A DNA stretch of 21,480 bases from Piromyces finnis finn (lineage: Eukaryota > Fungi > Neocallimastigomycota). The notes beneath the pieces were generated by a model. The model did not search any database. It had not been told where the DNA came from and saw nothing but the letters and a program-made list of their open reading frames with translations. The stretch is taken from positions 1 to 21,480 of the forward strand of contig MCFH01000172.1 in assembly GCA_002104945.1 (NCBI GenBank), given 5' to 3'. The position numbers were made by a program, and so were the translations under genes. Below are positions 1 through 8,342 of the stretch, in pieces; position 1 is the stretch's first letter, and each line of letters begins with the position of its first letter.

Positions 1-531
1 AAATTGTAAAATATTCTATTAAGTTCAGGTTTGTATACACTAACAACTAACACATTATAAATTTATTTATTATTAAATTTATTTATTTATTAATTATATT
101 AAACTAACTAAACTAAACAACCGTTGATTACTTTACCGTGAAGGTATTTACCAGAGCCCTCACTAGGTAATCAATTATTAACTAATTAAATTAAAACTAA
201 TAATCTAAACTAACTATATAACTAAAACTATACGATTTTCCAACTATCGTTTCAATAGTTGAAAAATTTCTTTTTTATTTATACTTTTTAAATAAATTGA
301 ATAAATTCTAATATACATGTTTTAATATTATAATTTTACATTGTTTACATTTATACATTTATTAAAAGAAATTATTTGTATTAAACTATTTAAATTCAAT
401 TTATTTACTAAAATTTTCTAAACTTAAAATAAAGTTTTGATTTATTTACTATATGGTTGATTATATTTCAAACATATATTCAATTTATTTATTCAATTTT
501 GAGGCTTAGTTTATAAAAAAATTTTTATTAT
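1..531 (-). repeat. Inverted duplication (fold-back arm) of 601-1147: element A 5' LTR plus the first 4 nt of its PBS
   Basis: Reverse complement of 1-531 aligns to 601-1147 with scattered small indels, mostly deletions (531 vs 547 nt). The arms are separated by a 69-nt spacer (532-600). Confidence 0.92.
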
Positions 532-549
532 TATTAATTTTCTATAGTG

Positions 550-1143
550 TGATAAAATAAAATTTTAAATTAAATAAATTTTAACCAATAAATATTTTAG
601 ATAATAAAAAATTTTTTTTATAAACTAAGCCTCAAAATTAGAAATAAATAAATTGAATATATGTTTGAAATATAATCAACCATATAGTAAATAAATCAAA
701 ACTTTATTTTAAGTTTAGAAAATTCTGTAGTAAATAAATTGAATTTAAATAGTTTAATACAAATAATTTCTTTTAATAAATGTATAAATGTAAACAATGT
801 AAAATTATAATATTAAAACATGTATATTAGAATTTATTCAATTTATTTAAAAAGTATAAATAAAGAAAATTTTTCAACTATTGAAACGATAGTTGGAAAA
901 TCGTATAGTTTAGTTATATAGTTAGTTTAGATTATTAGTTTTAATTTAATTAGTTAATAATTGATTACCTAGTGAGGGCTCTGGTGAAATAACCTTCACG
1001 GTAAAGTAATCAACGGTTGTTTTAGTTTAGTTTAGTTTAATATAATTTAATAAATAAATAAAGTTTAATAATAAATAAATTTATAACTAGTGTTAGTTTG
1101 ATTTAGTGTATACAAACCTGAACTTAGAATAGAATATTTTACA
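550..1143 (+). repeat. Element A 5' LTR (missing about the first 160 nt of U3)
   Basis: Near-identical to 18043-18637, ends in TTTTACA. The reconstructed full LTR (6148-6253 plus 17990-18637) is 754 bp. Confidence 0.92.
855..901 (+). promoter_or_regulatory. Element A TATA box (855-860) and predicted transcript 5' end / self-primer AGTTGGAAAAT (891-901)
   Basis: TATAAA lies 36 nt upstream of an 11-mer exactly complementary to the sequence following the LTR (1144-1154). The start site is inferred by analogy with Tf1. Confidence 0.72.
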
Positions 1144-1154
1144 ATTTTCCAACT
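1144..1154 (+). promoter_or_regulatory. Element A primer-binding site (self-priming type) ATTTTCCAACT
   Basis: Directly follows the LTR-terminal CA, lacks the TGG of a tRNA PBS, and is the exact reverse complement of 891-901. Confidence 0.8.
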
Positions 1155-1202
1155 TATTAGAATAGGAAGTTCACCTTTGTATACGAATAGTAATAGAAAA
1201 TA

Positions 1203-1238
<36 letters not shown>

Positions 1239-1633
1239 TATAGTGAGAATTTAATAATAGAATTAAATTCGGGGATTATATAAAATATTAATATTAAAAA
1301 AAAAAAAAAAAAAAAAAATTTTTTTGTTAGAAATTAATTTTAGTTAATTTCGGGGTATTTTATAATTATTTGGTATAGAATAATTTGTTGTTAAAATAGT
1401 TTAATAGTTAATAATCAATAAATAGTAATAATAAAAATATATTAGTTTGGTTAATAACTAGTTGTTAGTTTAGTAGTAGTAAATAATAAAAAGGTTAGTA
1501 TAGTATAATAATAAGGTTGTTAAATTATTTATTTAATATAAGAATAAAATAATTAGGAATAGTCAAGTTGAATAGTATAAATAATTGGGATATTAAATAT
1601 TGGTTGACTATTTGTTGTTTATTAAGTAGTAAT

Positions 1634-4600
1634 ATGAATACTAGATATAGAATGTTAGACAACCGTGACGATGGAATAGCTGGAGTCAGTGACGCGGGCT
1701 CTGAGGCGAGTTCCATGATGGACATTGAGGATGAGACTGGTAAAAGCGTTAACACCAGGGGAAGACTCATCCCAAAACCTCCAAGATTTTCAGGAAAAAG
1801 AAGTGAACTTCTTTACTTCCTGGCAAGATTGGAGAAATATTTCAAATATAACTTAGAAGAAGATGCTACCGACGCCTACAAGCTGGATATCTTGGGATGC
1901 TACCTGGAAGGAACCGCCGCCGAATGGTTTGCCGACTTAGAAAGAGAAGAAAGCCCCCTGTTGAACTCTTACGAAGACTTTATCGAGGCAATGAAGGCTC
2001 GCTACAAAACTTGCAACAGTGCCGATGTAGCCAATAGTCGACTTGCAAAATTGAAGTCAAGTCAATTCAAGAACGTCATGGACTACTGCGAAGAATTTGA
2101 AAAGATGGCTAGAGACTCGTCTTTTAACGATGAAGCGAAAATCCATTTCTTTATGGAAGGTTTACCAACTTCAGTCAAGGAAAAAGCTAAGCTCCTTTAC
2201 CCAAGAATTAGGAAGTTAACTGAGTTAATTAATGTCGTTGCTGCCAATATAGAATTAGAATGGAAAGTCTTTGGAAAAGATCCTATGGATGTCGACGGAA
2301 AGAAGAACCGAAGATATAACAGAGACTTAGGATCAAGGTACCTCTCTTATGGTGTAAAATATAGAAATTATGTAGACCAAGAAAACCCTACCACCTCAGC
2401 TAAGCCTAGAAAATGTTTCTTCTGCAAAAGGACTGGACATGTTAAAAAGGATTGTCCTCAACTTAAGGATAAGGTTATAAATAGACCAAAAGCATTCATG
2501 GCTACTACCGCTGGAAGAAGAATGTTAAATGTTTATGACATTCTATTACAAGTCAATAATGGAGTGTATCTTAAGGCTCTTGTGGATTCTGGTTCGGACT
2601 TAGACTTTTTGGATTGGAAAGCCGTGGACAAGTACAAGATCCCATTCCAAAGAATGTTTAAGGATAAGTTTGTTGAAGGTATAGGTGGTAATGGATTCTT
2701 GAAGTATGAAACAATTCCTTTAATCATGAACATCAAGAATCATAAAGAATCCATTCAATTCTACCTTACTGATCTTCCTTCTGGTATTTCTGTTATTTTG
2801 GGCAAGAATTGGTTAAGAAAACATGATCCTACAATTAGCTTCAAGGATCAAACTCTAGAATTTAAGTCCAAATTCTGTTCTTTAAATTGCTGTGCTACTC
2901 CAGAAGAAATGGAAAAAAGAAGCAAAGAAGAAGAGTTGTCCAAGGAAGAAGAAAGAAGAAAAGAGAAGGAACTAGTACAGGAAATACTCAATAATTATAA
3001 AAATAGTTTAAAAATTAGAGATAGTGAAATTAAAAATAAAGAAAATATAAAAATTATAGATAAAAATAAGAATTCATGTATTAAAAAGAAATGTAGTAAA
3101 AACTTAAAATTAAATAAAAAGAATGTTCAAAAGTATATTGTATGTAGTGTTATTTCAAATGAAGGAAATAAAGGTGAAGATGTTGAAGAAAGTGTTGTAG
3201 AAATTCCTGATGTATATAAGGAATTTGAAAGTGTATTTGATGAAGTTGAGTGTAATGAACTACCTCCACATCGAATATACGATTGTAAAATAAGATTGAA
3301 AGATAAAGATAACTTATTTTATGGTCCGTTATACCCTTTGACAGAAGAAGAAAGGAATACGTTAAAGGAGTATATTTCTGAAAATTTAGAAAAAGGATTT
3401 ATTAGACCGTCTACTTCACCTGCCGGAGCACCTGTGTTGTTCGTTAGGAAAAAGGATGGGACTTTAAGATTGTGTGTTGACTACCGAAGACTCAATGAAA
3501 ACACAATCAGGGATTCATATCCATTACCTCTCATATCTGAATTATTCGATAGATTAAGAGAAGCAAAAGTCTTTACTAAACTTGATCTCAAGTCTGCTTA
3601 TAATCTAGTTCGAATAAATGAAGGTGATGAATATAAAACTGCATTTAGGACAAGATTTGGTCACTTTGAATATCTTGTCATGCCGTTTGGGTTGAAAAAC
3701 GCTCCTGCAACTTTCCAACATTTTATCAATGATGTTCTCGGGGAATACTTGGATGAATTCGCTTTTTCTTATATTGATGATATTCTTATCTATTCGAAAA
3801 ACTTAGAAGAACATCGAAAGCACGTAAAGAAAGTTCTTCAAAGATTAAAAGAAAATGGCTTATATGCAAAACTTAGTAAATGCGAATTTGAAACTTCAGA
3901 AACTACTTTCTTAGGGCATGTTATCTCAGATAAAGGAATCTCTATGGATCCAAAGAAGGTTAAAGCTATTATGGAATGGCCTGTACCAACATCTGTTAAA
4001 GAAGTGCAATCATTTATCGGATTATGTAATTATTATAGAAGATTTATTCCAAACTTTGCTGGTATTGCTAAACCGTTACATAATCTAACAAAGAAAGATG
4101 TTAAATTTCATTGGTCAGAAGAATGTAATGAAGCTTTTTGTACTTTAAAGAAATTCTTTACCGAAGAACCAATTTTAATTCATGCTGATCCTGAATTACC
4201 TTTTGTGGTTGAGACAGATGCAAGTAATTTTGCAATTGGTGCTGTATTGTCTCAAAGGTTACCGAATAATAATGAACTTCATCCAATTTGTTATTATTCA
4301 AGGGGATTGACTAAATCGGAAAAGAATTATCCTATTTATGATAAGGAACTTTTGGCTGTTATTGAAGCTTTGAAACAATGGAGACACTACTTAGAAGGAG
4401 CTAAGCATCAATTTATGATCTATACGGATCATAAAAATCTTACCTTTCCTAGAAAGCCTGAACTATTGTCGCAAAGACAAATTCGCTGGAATTTGTTTTT
4501 GACCCGTTATGATTTCAAAATACAATATAGACCGGGTAAAGAAGGTGGAAAACCTGATGCTTTTTCAAGACGTCCTGATTATGAAGAAGATAAAAGTAAT

Positions 4601-6136
4601 AAAGAAGACGAAGAAGCCTATTCTTGCTTGACAGTTAAAGAAATCGAAGATACTTTATGTCTTGTGTCTATTCAAGGGAATCTTAAAGAAGATTTAATTA
4701 AAGAAATTAAAGAAGATGAAGAAATTAAGGAGTTAATAAATATTCTACAAGGAAAATCTACCGCAAGTAAGAAGTATAAGAAGTTAATGAAGAATTTTAA
4801 GTTAAGCGAAGAAGGAATTCTTTTGTATAAAAGTTTAATTTATGTACCAAAGAAAATGAGAGACATAATAATCTCAATGCATCATGACAATCCAATTCAT
4901 GGTCATTTTGGTATTATTAAAACAAAAGAATTAATTACAAGAAACTTTGTTTGGATAAACATGACTCAAGATATAGTTAAGTTTATTGCTTCTTGTAAAG
5001 TTTGTGGAGCTGCTAAGGTTGATCGTCATAGACCTTATGGACTTTTACAGCCGCTACCAACTCCTGAAAGACCGTGGTCTTCTGTTTCTATGGATTTTAT
5101 AACTGATTTGCCAAAGTCAAAGGAAAAAACAGTTATAATGGTTGTTGTGGATAGATTAACGAAGATGGCTCATTTTATTCCGTTTAGAATGATTCCGACT
5201 GCTCAAATTGCTGCTGATGTTTTCTTTAGAGAAGTTTTTCGTTTACACGGTCTACCTGATGAAATAATATCGGATCGAGGAACCCAGTTTACTTCAGAAT
5301 TTTGGCAAAGATTATGCACTTTGTTGAACATTAAGCACAATATTTCGAGTGCTCACCATCCTCAAACAGACGGGCAGACTGAACGTGTAAATAGTATATT
5401 AGAACAATTTCTTAGATGTTACATTAACAAAAGAAAAGATAACTGGATGAATCTTCTGCCTTATGCCGAATTTGCGTATAATAATACACTTCAGCAATCT
5501 ATAAATCAAACTCCATTCTTTGCAAATTATGGGCAAAATCCAAGATTTAATACCGATATTCCTGCTGATAGTGACAACAGAAGAGCTAACAGGCACGCCT
5601 CTCAGATGCAAGATAATATTAAATTTTTAAAGAAGAACTTAGAAAAAGCCAAAGAAAGATATAAGAAATACGCCGATTGTATTAGACTTATTGGACCTAA
5701 GTTAAAGGTTGGTGACTTAGTTTGGTTAAAGCGTCCTGACTTACTTCCTAAAGGACCTCCAAAATTAACAAATAAGAAACTTGGACCATTTAAGATTATT
5801 GAAAAAACAGGACCCATTTCTTATAAATTGGAACTACCAGAAAGTTTAAGATGTCATCCCGTTTTCCATATTTCGAACTTAGAACCTTATGTTGAAAGAG
5901 AAGTTGAAGTGAATGAATCAACTTCTAGAATTCCAAACATTGCTACCGATTCTGTTGAAGGAAGAATTCCATTGAAGATAGTTAGTGAAAAAGTTGTTAA
6001 TGGAATTAAGTACTACTTTATGGTTTGGAAAAACTTATTACCTTCAGAAAGTACATGGCTTAAAGAAGATGAAATCGATGACCCTCAATTGATCCAAGAA
6101 TACCTTAAATATAAGTCGCTCAGGGGCTCGACTTAA
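1634..6136 (+). CDS. gag-pol: Element A single-ORF Gag-Pol polyprotein (capsid, CCHC knuckle, aspartic protease, RT, RNase H, integrase, divergent chromodomain), 1500 aa
   Basis: Motifs PPRFSG, CFFCKRTGHVKKDC, LVDSGS, YIDD, TDASNFAIGA, HDNPIHGH...CKVC, DFITDL...SDRG...QTERVN, GPFKI and C-terminal YYFMVWKNLLPSESTWLKE. First ATG is at 1634; the ORF track starts at an upstream TTG. Confidence 0.95.
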   Translation: MNTRYRMLDNRDDGIAGVSDAGSEASSMMDIEDETGKSVNTRGRLIPKPPRFSGKRSELLYFLARLEKYFKYNLEEDATDAYKLDILGCYLEGTAAEWFADLEREESPLLNSYEDFIEAMKARYKTCNSADVANSRLAKLKSSQFKNVMDYCEEFEKMARDSSFNDEAKIHFFMEGLPTSVKEKAKLLYPRIRKLTELINVVAANIELEWKVFGKDPMDVDGKKNRRYNRDLGSRYLSYGVKYRNYVDQENPTTSAKPRKCFFCKRTGHVKKDCPQLKDKVINRPKAFMATTAGRRMLNVYDILLQVNNGVYLKALVDSGSDLDFLDWKAVDKYKIPFQRMFKDKFVEGIGGNGFLKYETIPLIMNIKNHKESIQFYLTDLPSGISVILGKNWLRKHDPTISFKDQTLEFKSKFCSLNCCATPEEMEKRSKEEELSKEEERRKEKELVQEILNNYKNSLKIRDSEIKNKENIKIIDKNKNSCIKKKCSKNLKLNKKNVQKYIVCSVISNEGNKGEDVEESVVEIPDVYKEFESVFDEVECNELPPHRIYDCKIRLKDKDNLFYGPLYPLTEEERNTLKEYISENLEKGFIRPSTSPAGAPVLFVRKKDGTLRLCVDYRRLNENTIRDSYPLPLISELFDRLREAKVFTKLDLKSAYNLVRINEGDEYKTAFRTRFGHFEYLVMPFGLKNAPATFQHFINDVLGEYLDEFAFSYIDDILIYSKNLEEHRKHVKKVLQRLKENGLYAKLSKCEFETSETTFLGHVISDKGISMDPKKVKAIMEWPVPTSVKEVQSFIGLCNYYRRFIPNFAGIAKPLHNLTKKDVKFHWSEECNEAFCTLKKFFTEEPILIHADPELPFVVETDASNFAIGAVLSQRLPNNNELHPICYYSRGLTKSEKNYPIYDKELLAVIEALKQWRHYLEGAKHQFMIYTDHKNLTFPRKPELLSQRQIRWNLFLTRYDFKIQYRPGKEGGKPDAFSRRPDYEEDKSNKEDEEAYSCLTVKEIEDTLCLVSIQGNLKEDLIKEIKEDEEIKELINILQGKSTASKKYKKLMKNFKLSEEGILLYKSLIYVPKKMRDIIISMHHDNPIHGHFGIIKTKELITRNFVWINMTQDIVKFIASCKVCGAAKVDRHRPYGLLQPLPTPERPWSSVSMDFITDLPKSKEKTVIMVVVDRLTKMAHFIPFRMIPTAQIAADVFFREVFRLHGLPDEIISDRGTQFTSEFWQRLCTLLNIKHNISSAHHPQTDGQTERVNSILEQFLRCYINKRKDNWMNLLPYAEFAYNNTLQQSINQTPFFANYGQNPRFNTDIPADSDNRRANRHASQMQDNIKFLKKNLEKAKERYKKYADCIRLIGPKLKVGDLVWLKRPDLLPKGPPKLTNKKLGPFKIIEKTGPISYKLELPESLRCHPVFHISNLEPYVEREVEVNESTSRIPNIATDSVEGRIPLKIVSEKVVNGIKYYFMVWKNLLPSESTWLKEDEIDDPQLIQEYLKYKSLRGST

Positions 6137-6147
6137 GAAGAGGGGCA
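6135..6147 (+). promoter_or_regulatory. Element A polypurine tract AAGAAGAGGGG(CA)
   Basis: Purine run immediately before the TGT at 6148. Confidence 0.85.
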
Positions 6148-6253
6148 TGTAAAATATTGTATTAATAGAATAATGTATTTAATACGTATTTAAAATAATG
6201 TATAATGTATTAAATTAATGTACCGTAAATTTCCATAAAATTTATATCACAAT
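6148..6253 (+). repeat. Element A 3' LTR, left part (5' portion of U3)
   Basis: Starts TGTAAAATATT after the PPT and ends in ACAAT (6249-6253), which recurs at 17985-17989 as the TSD of element C. Confidence 0.88.
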
Positions 6254-6628
6254 TGTAATGAGGTATATCTAATGATAAGGGTTAGACTAGAAAATCATTA
6301 AGGTTAGATTAATGAAAATTTCATAATTATATTTTTATAACCAATCATTAAGTAATTAATTCACTTATCAAATTGTATTAAAAAAAAAAAAAAAAATAAT
6401 TTTCATGTATAAAGGAGAGAATAAGAAAGATAAAATAGTTCTTTAGTGTTTTTATTAATAATTAATAAAAATTAGTTTTTTTTTGTTTCGTCTTTAGTTT
6501 GATAATACACTGACCTAGCGAGTTAGTCGTATTATAATAATAAATTTAATAAATAAACATTATTAAAAAAAATACATATATTTGATACATTAGAGTGTGT
6601 GTGTTTATTATTATAATATTTCGTTACA
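6254..6628 (+). repeat. Element C 5' LTR (375 bp)
   Basis: Direct repeat of 17611-17984 with TG...CA termini. Confidence 0.95.
6408..6455 (+). promoter_or_regulatory. Element C TATA box (6408-6413) and predicted self-primer AGTGTTTTTAT (6445-6455)
   Basis: TATAAA lies 37 nt upstream of an 11-mer exactly complementary to 6629-6639. Confidence 0.7.
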
Positions 6629-6639
6629 ATAAAAACACT
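6629..6639 (+). promoter_or_regulatory. Element C primer-binding site (self-priming type) ATAAAAACACT
   Basis: Abuts the LTR end and is the reverse complement of 6445-6455. Confidence 0.78.
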
Positions 6640-6697
6640 CTAAGAAAAAGATCGCTACCTCAGTGCCTCGTTTATTTGCTTACTTCTAATTTTTTTT

Positions 6698-7264
6698 ATG
6701 GATAACTCTGCTGATTTGAAGAACGGTTTTGATGGCAACCGTCGCTACCTGAAGGGATTCTTAGCCAAAATGGACATGATCTTTATGATCCATCCTGAAA
6801 TAGGAAGGGACGATGGGGAAAAGGTCTTCTACGTCGTTAGTCGCCTCTACGGGGATGCAATGAATTGGGCTGCTACCTTGATTAACAACCATGATCCTTG
6901 CTTACAGGATTATGGCGCCTTTGTTGGAAAGCTGAAGGCTGCTTTTGGTTTTCAGGATATGGTCTATACTGCCAACCAAAAGCTCAAGAAGATCAAACAA
7001 CATGGCCTATCCAATACTCAAGAGTATATCAAGGAATTTAACTACTATGCTGATGAATCCACTTGGAATGAACAAGCCAAGATGGATGCTTTTGTTGATG
7101 GGTTGGACGATAGAATCGCCACCCATATCCTTCAGATGTTTCCTGGCCCTTCTACCTTGATAAACTTACAAACAATAGCCAGTCGTATAGGAAGTAGATT
7201 GGCATGCCACCAAGAGGAAATAAACAGAAGATCCAATAGAAGTTTCCGTTCTAAACAAAGCTTC
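6698..7264 (+). pseudogene. gag: Element C gag, 5' part (189 codons, capsid domain), cut by insertion of B
   Basis: Capsid-like sequence FDGNRRYLKGFLAKM...LYGDAMNWA...FVDGL. Removing B and one TSD copy joins ...KQSF (7264) in frame to QSRSS... (13540). Confidence 0.9.
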
Positions 7265-7869
7265 TGTAAAGATATCAAACGCCTCTGTTTGATATCTTTA
7301 ATGTAACTTAAGCCACAAGTATTATTGTTTAAGTTACACAAATTATATTCAGAAAAAGAAAATGAGACATAATTTATTTATTAATAATTAAAGTTTAAAA
7401 CAAAATAAATTATTAATTTATTTTTAATGTTTAACAAGTAAATTAATATTCTCAATTTAAATCCCTAGTTTTAGTATTGTTTTTTCATAGAAATAAATAA
7501 ATAATAAATGATTAATATATCAATAATACATGGGCACATATTCAAATTGAATAGTACTTAATTTGAATTGCCAATTGTATTTTACTAAAAATAGTTATAG
7601 TTTAAATATTTATTAATAATTAAGATTTTAGTGTAGATTTTAAATAATAATATATAAGAAATAAATAGTTATAATATAATATAAATGTATTTAGGAAAAA
7701 TATAAATAGAAGATATTTTTCATCATTTTATCGATGTAATTGTTATTAATAAAATTTCTATTATAATAAAAGATATTTTTAATAAAACAATTTTTTATTT
7801 TATTTTAAATTTTGTGTTATTGTAATAGAATAGATATCCTAATCTATTCTTTCAGTGTTCAACATTACA
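7265..7869 (+). repeat. Element B 5' LTR (605 bp)
   Basis: TGTAA...TTACA, direct repeat of 12930-13534. Confidence 0.96.
7701..7746 (+). promoter_or_regulatory. Element B TATA box (7701-7706) and predicted self-primer GTAATTGTTAT (7736-7746)
   Basis: TATAAA lies 35 nt upstream of an 11-mer exactly complementary to 7870-7880. Confidence 0.72.
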
Positions 7870-7880
7870 ATAACAATTAC
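7870..7880 (+). promoter_or_regulatory. Element B primer-binding site (self-priming type) ATAACAATTAC
   Basis: Abuts the LTR end and is the reverse complement of 7736-7746. Confidence 0.8.
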
Positions 7881-7910
7881 CCAACGAAGATAGAGAATAC
7901 GTTAGGGTAT

Positions 7911-8103
7911 CTACCGCCGGGTACAAAAAGCAAGAAAGAACTTTAACTACTGGTTAGAATTGGAAACTACCGCCGAATAAGAAGAAAGAAGAAATTTTGA
8001 CTACTGGTTAGAATTGGAAACTACCGCCGAATAAGAAGAAAGAAGAAATTTTGACTACTGGTTAGAATTAGAAACTACCACCGAGTGCAAGAAGAAAGAA
8101 GAA
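7911..8103. repeat. 54-bp tandem repeat (about 3.5 copies) in the element B leader
   Basis: Unit ACTACTGGTTAGAATTGGAAACTACCGCCGAATAAGAAGAAAGAAGAAATTTTG starts at 7946, 8000 and 8054 (diverged), with a degenerate partial copy at 7911-7945. Confidence 0.9.
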
Positions 8104-8198
8104 TTAACCAATATTAATTAGTAATACAAAACTTGTTCGACACTGCTTTGCAGAACGCGTTTGAATAACTTTTGTATTAGGATAATTTGTAGTAGTGT

Positions 8199-8234
<36 letters not shown>

Positions 8235-8342
8235 AAGATTACTTACTTGAAATAGTAGTAAGAAACCATTTTAATTTTATATTATATATTATATTTTGAA
8301 TTGGAGGATTTAATTAGTGAGTTTAAAAATTTAAATTTAGAA

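Noticed and set aside
1019-1040. TTTAG repeats as telomeric sequence
   Set aside because: Only 3-4 units, internal to A's LTR, and present in both LTR copies.
1144-1165. tRNA primer-binding sites after the LTRs (also at 6629 and 7870)
   Set aside because: None begins with TGG, and each is fully explained by complementarity to its own LTR. A tRNA-fragment match was not computed.
1207-1320. Poly-A tracts (also 8203, 17170, 17537) as LINE/SINE tails
   Set aside because: No flanking TSDs or upstream non-LTR body; such tracts occur throughout the non-coding parts of all four elements.
1568-1633. TTG/GTG starts used by the ORF track (1568, 8301, 14329, 19668)
   Set aside because: Prokaryote-style start calls. 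The eukaryotic ATGs are at 1634 and 8343, and the others are internal to broken pol frames.
7946-8103. CRISPR-like or peptide-coding array
   Set aside because: The units are contiguous with no unique spacers, the context is eukaryotic, and all six frames contain stops.
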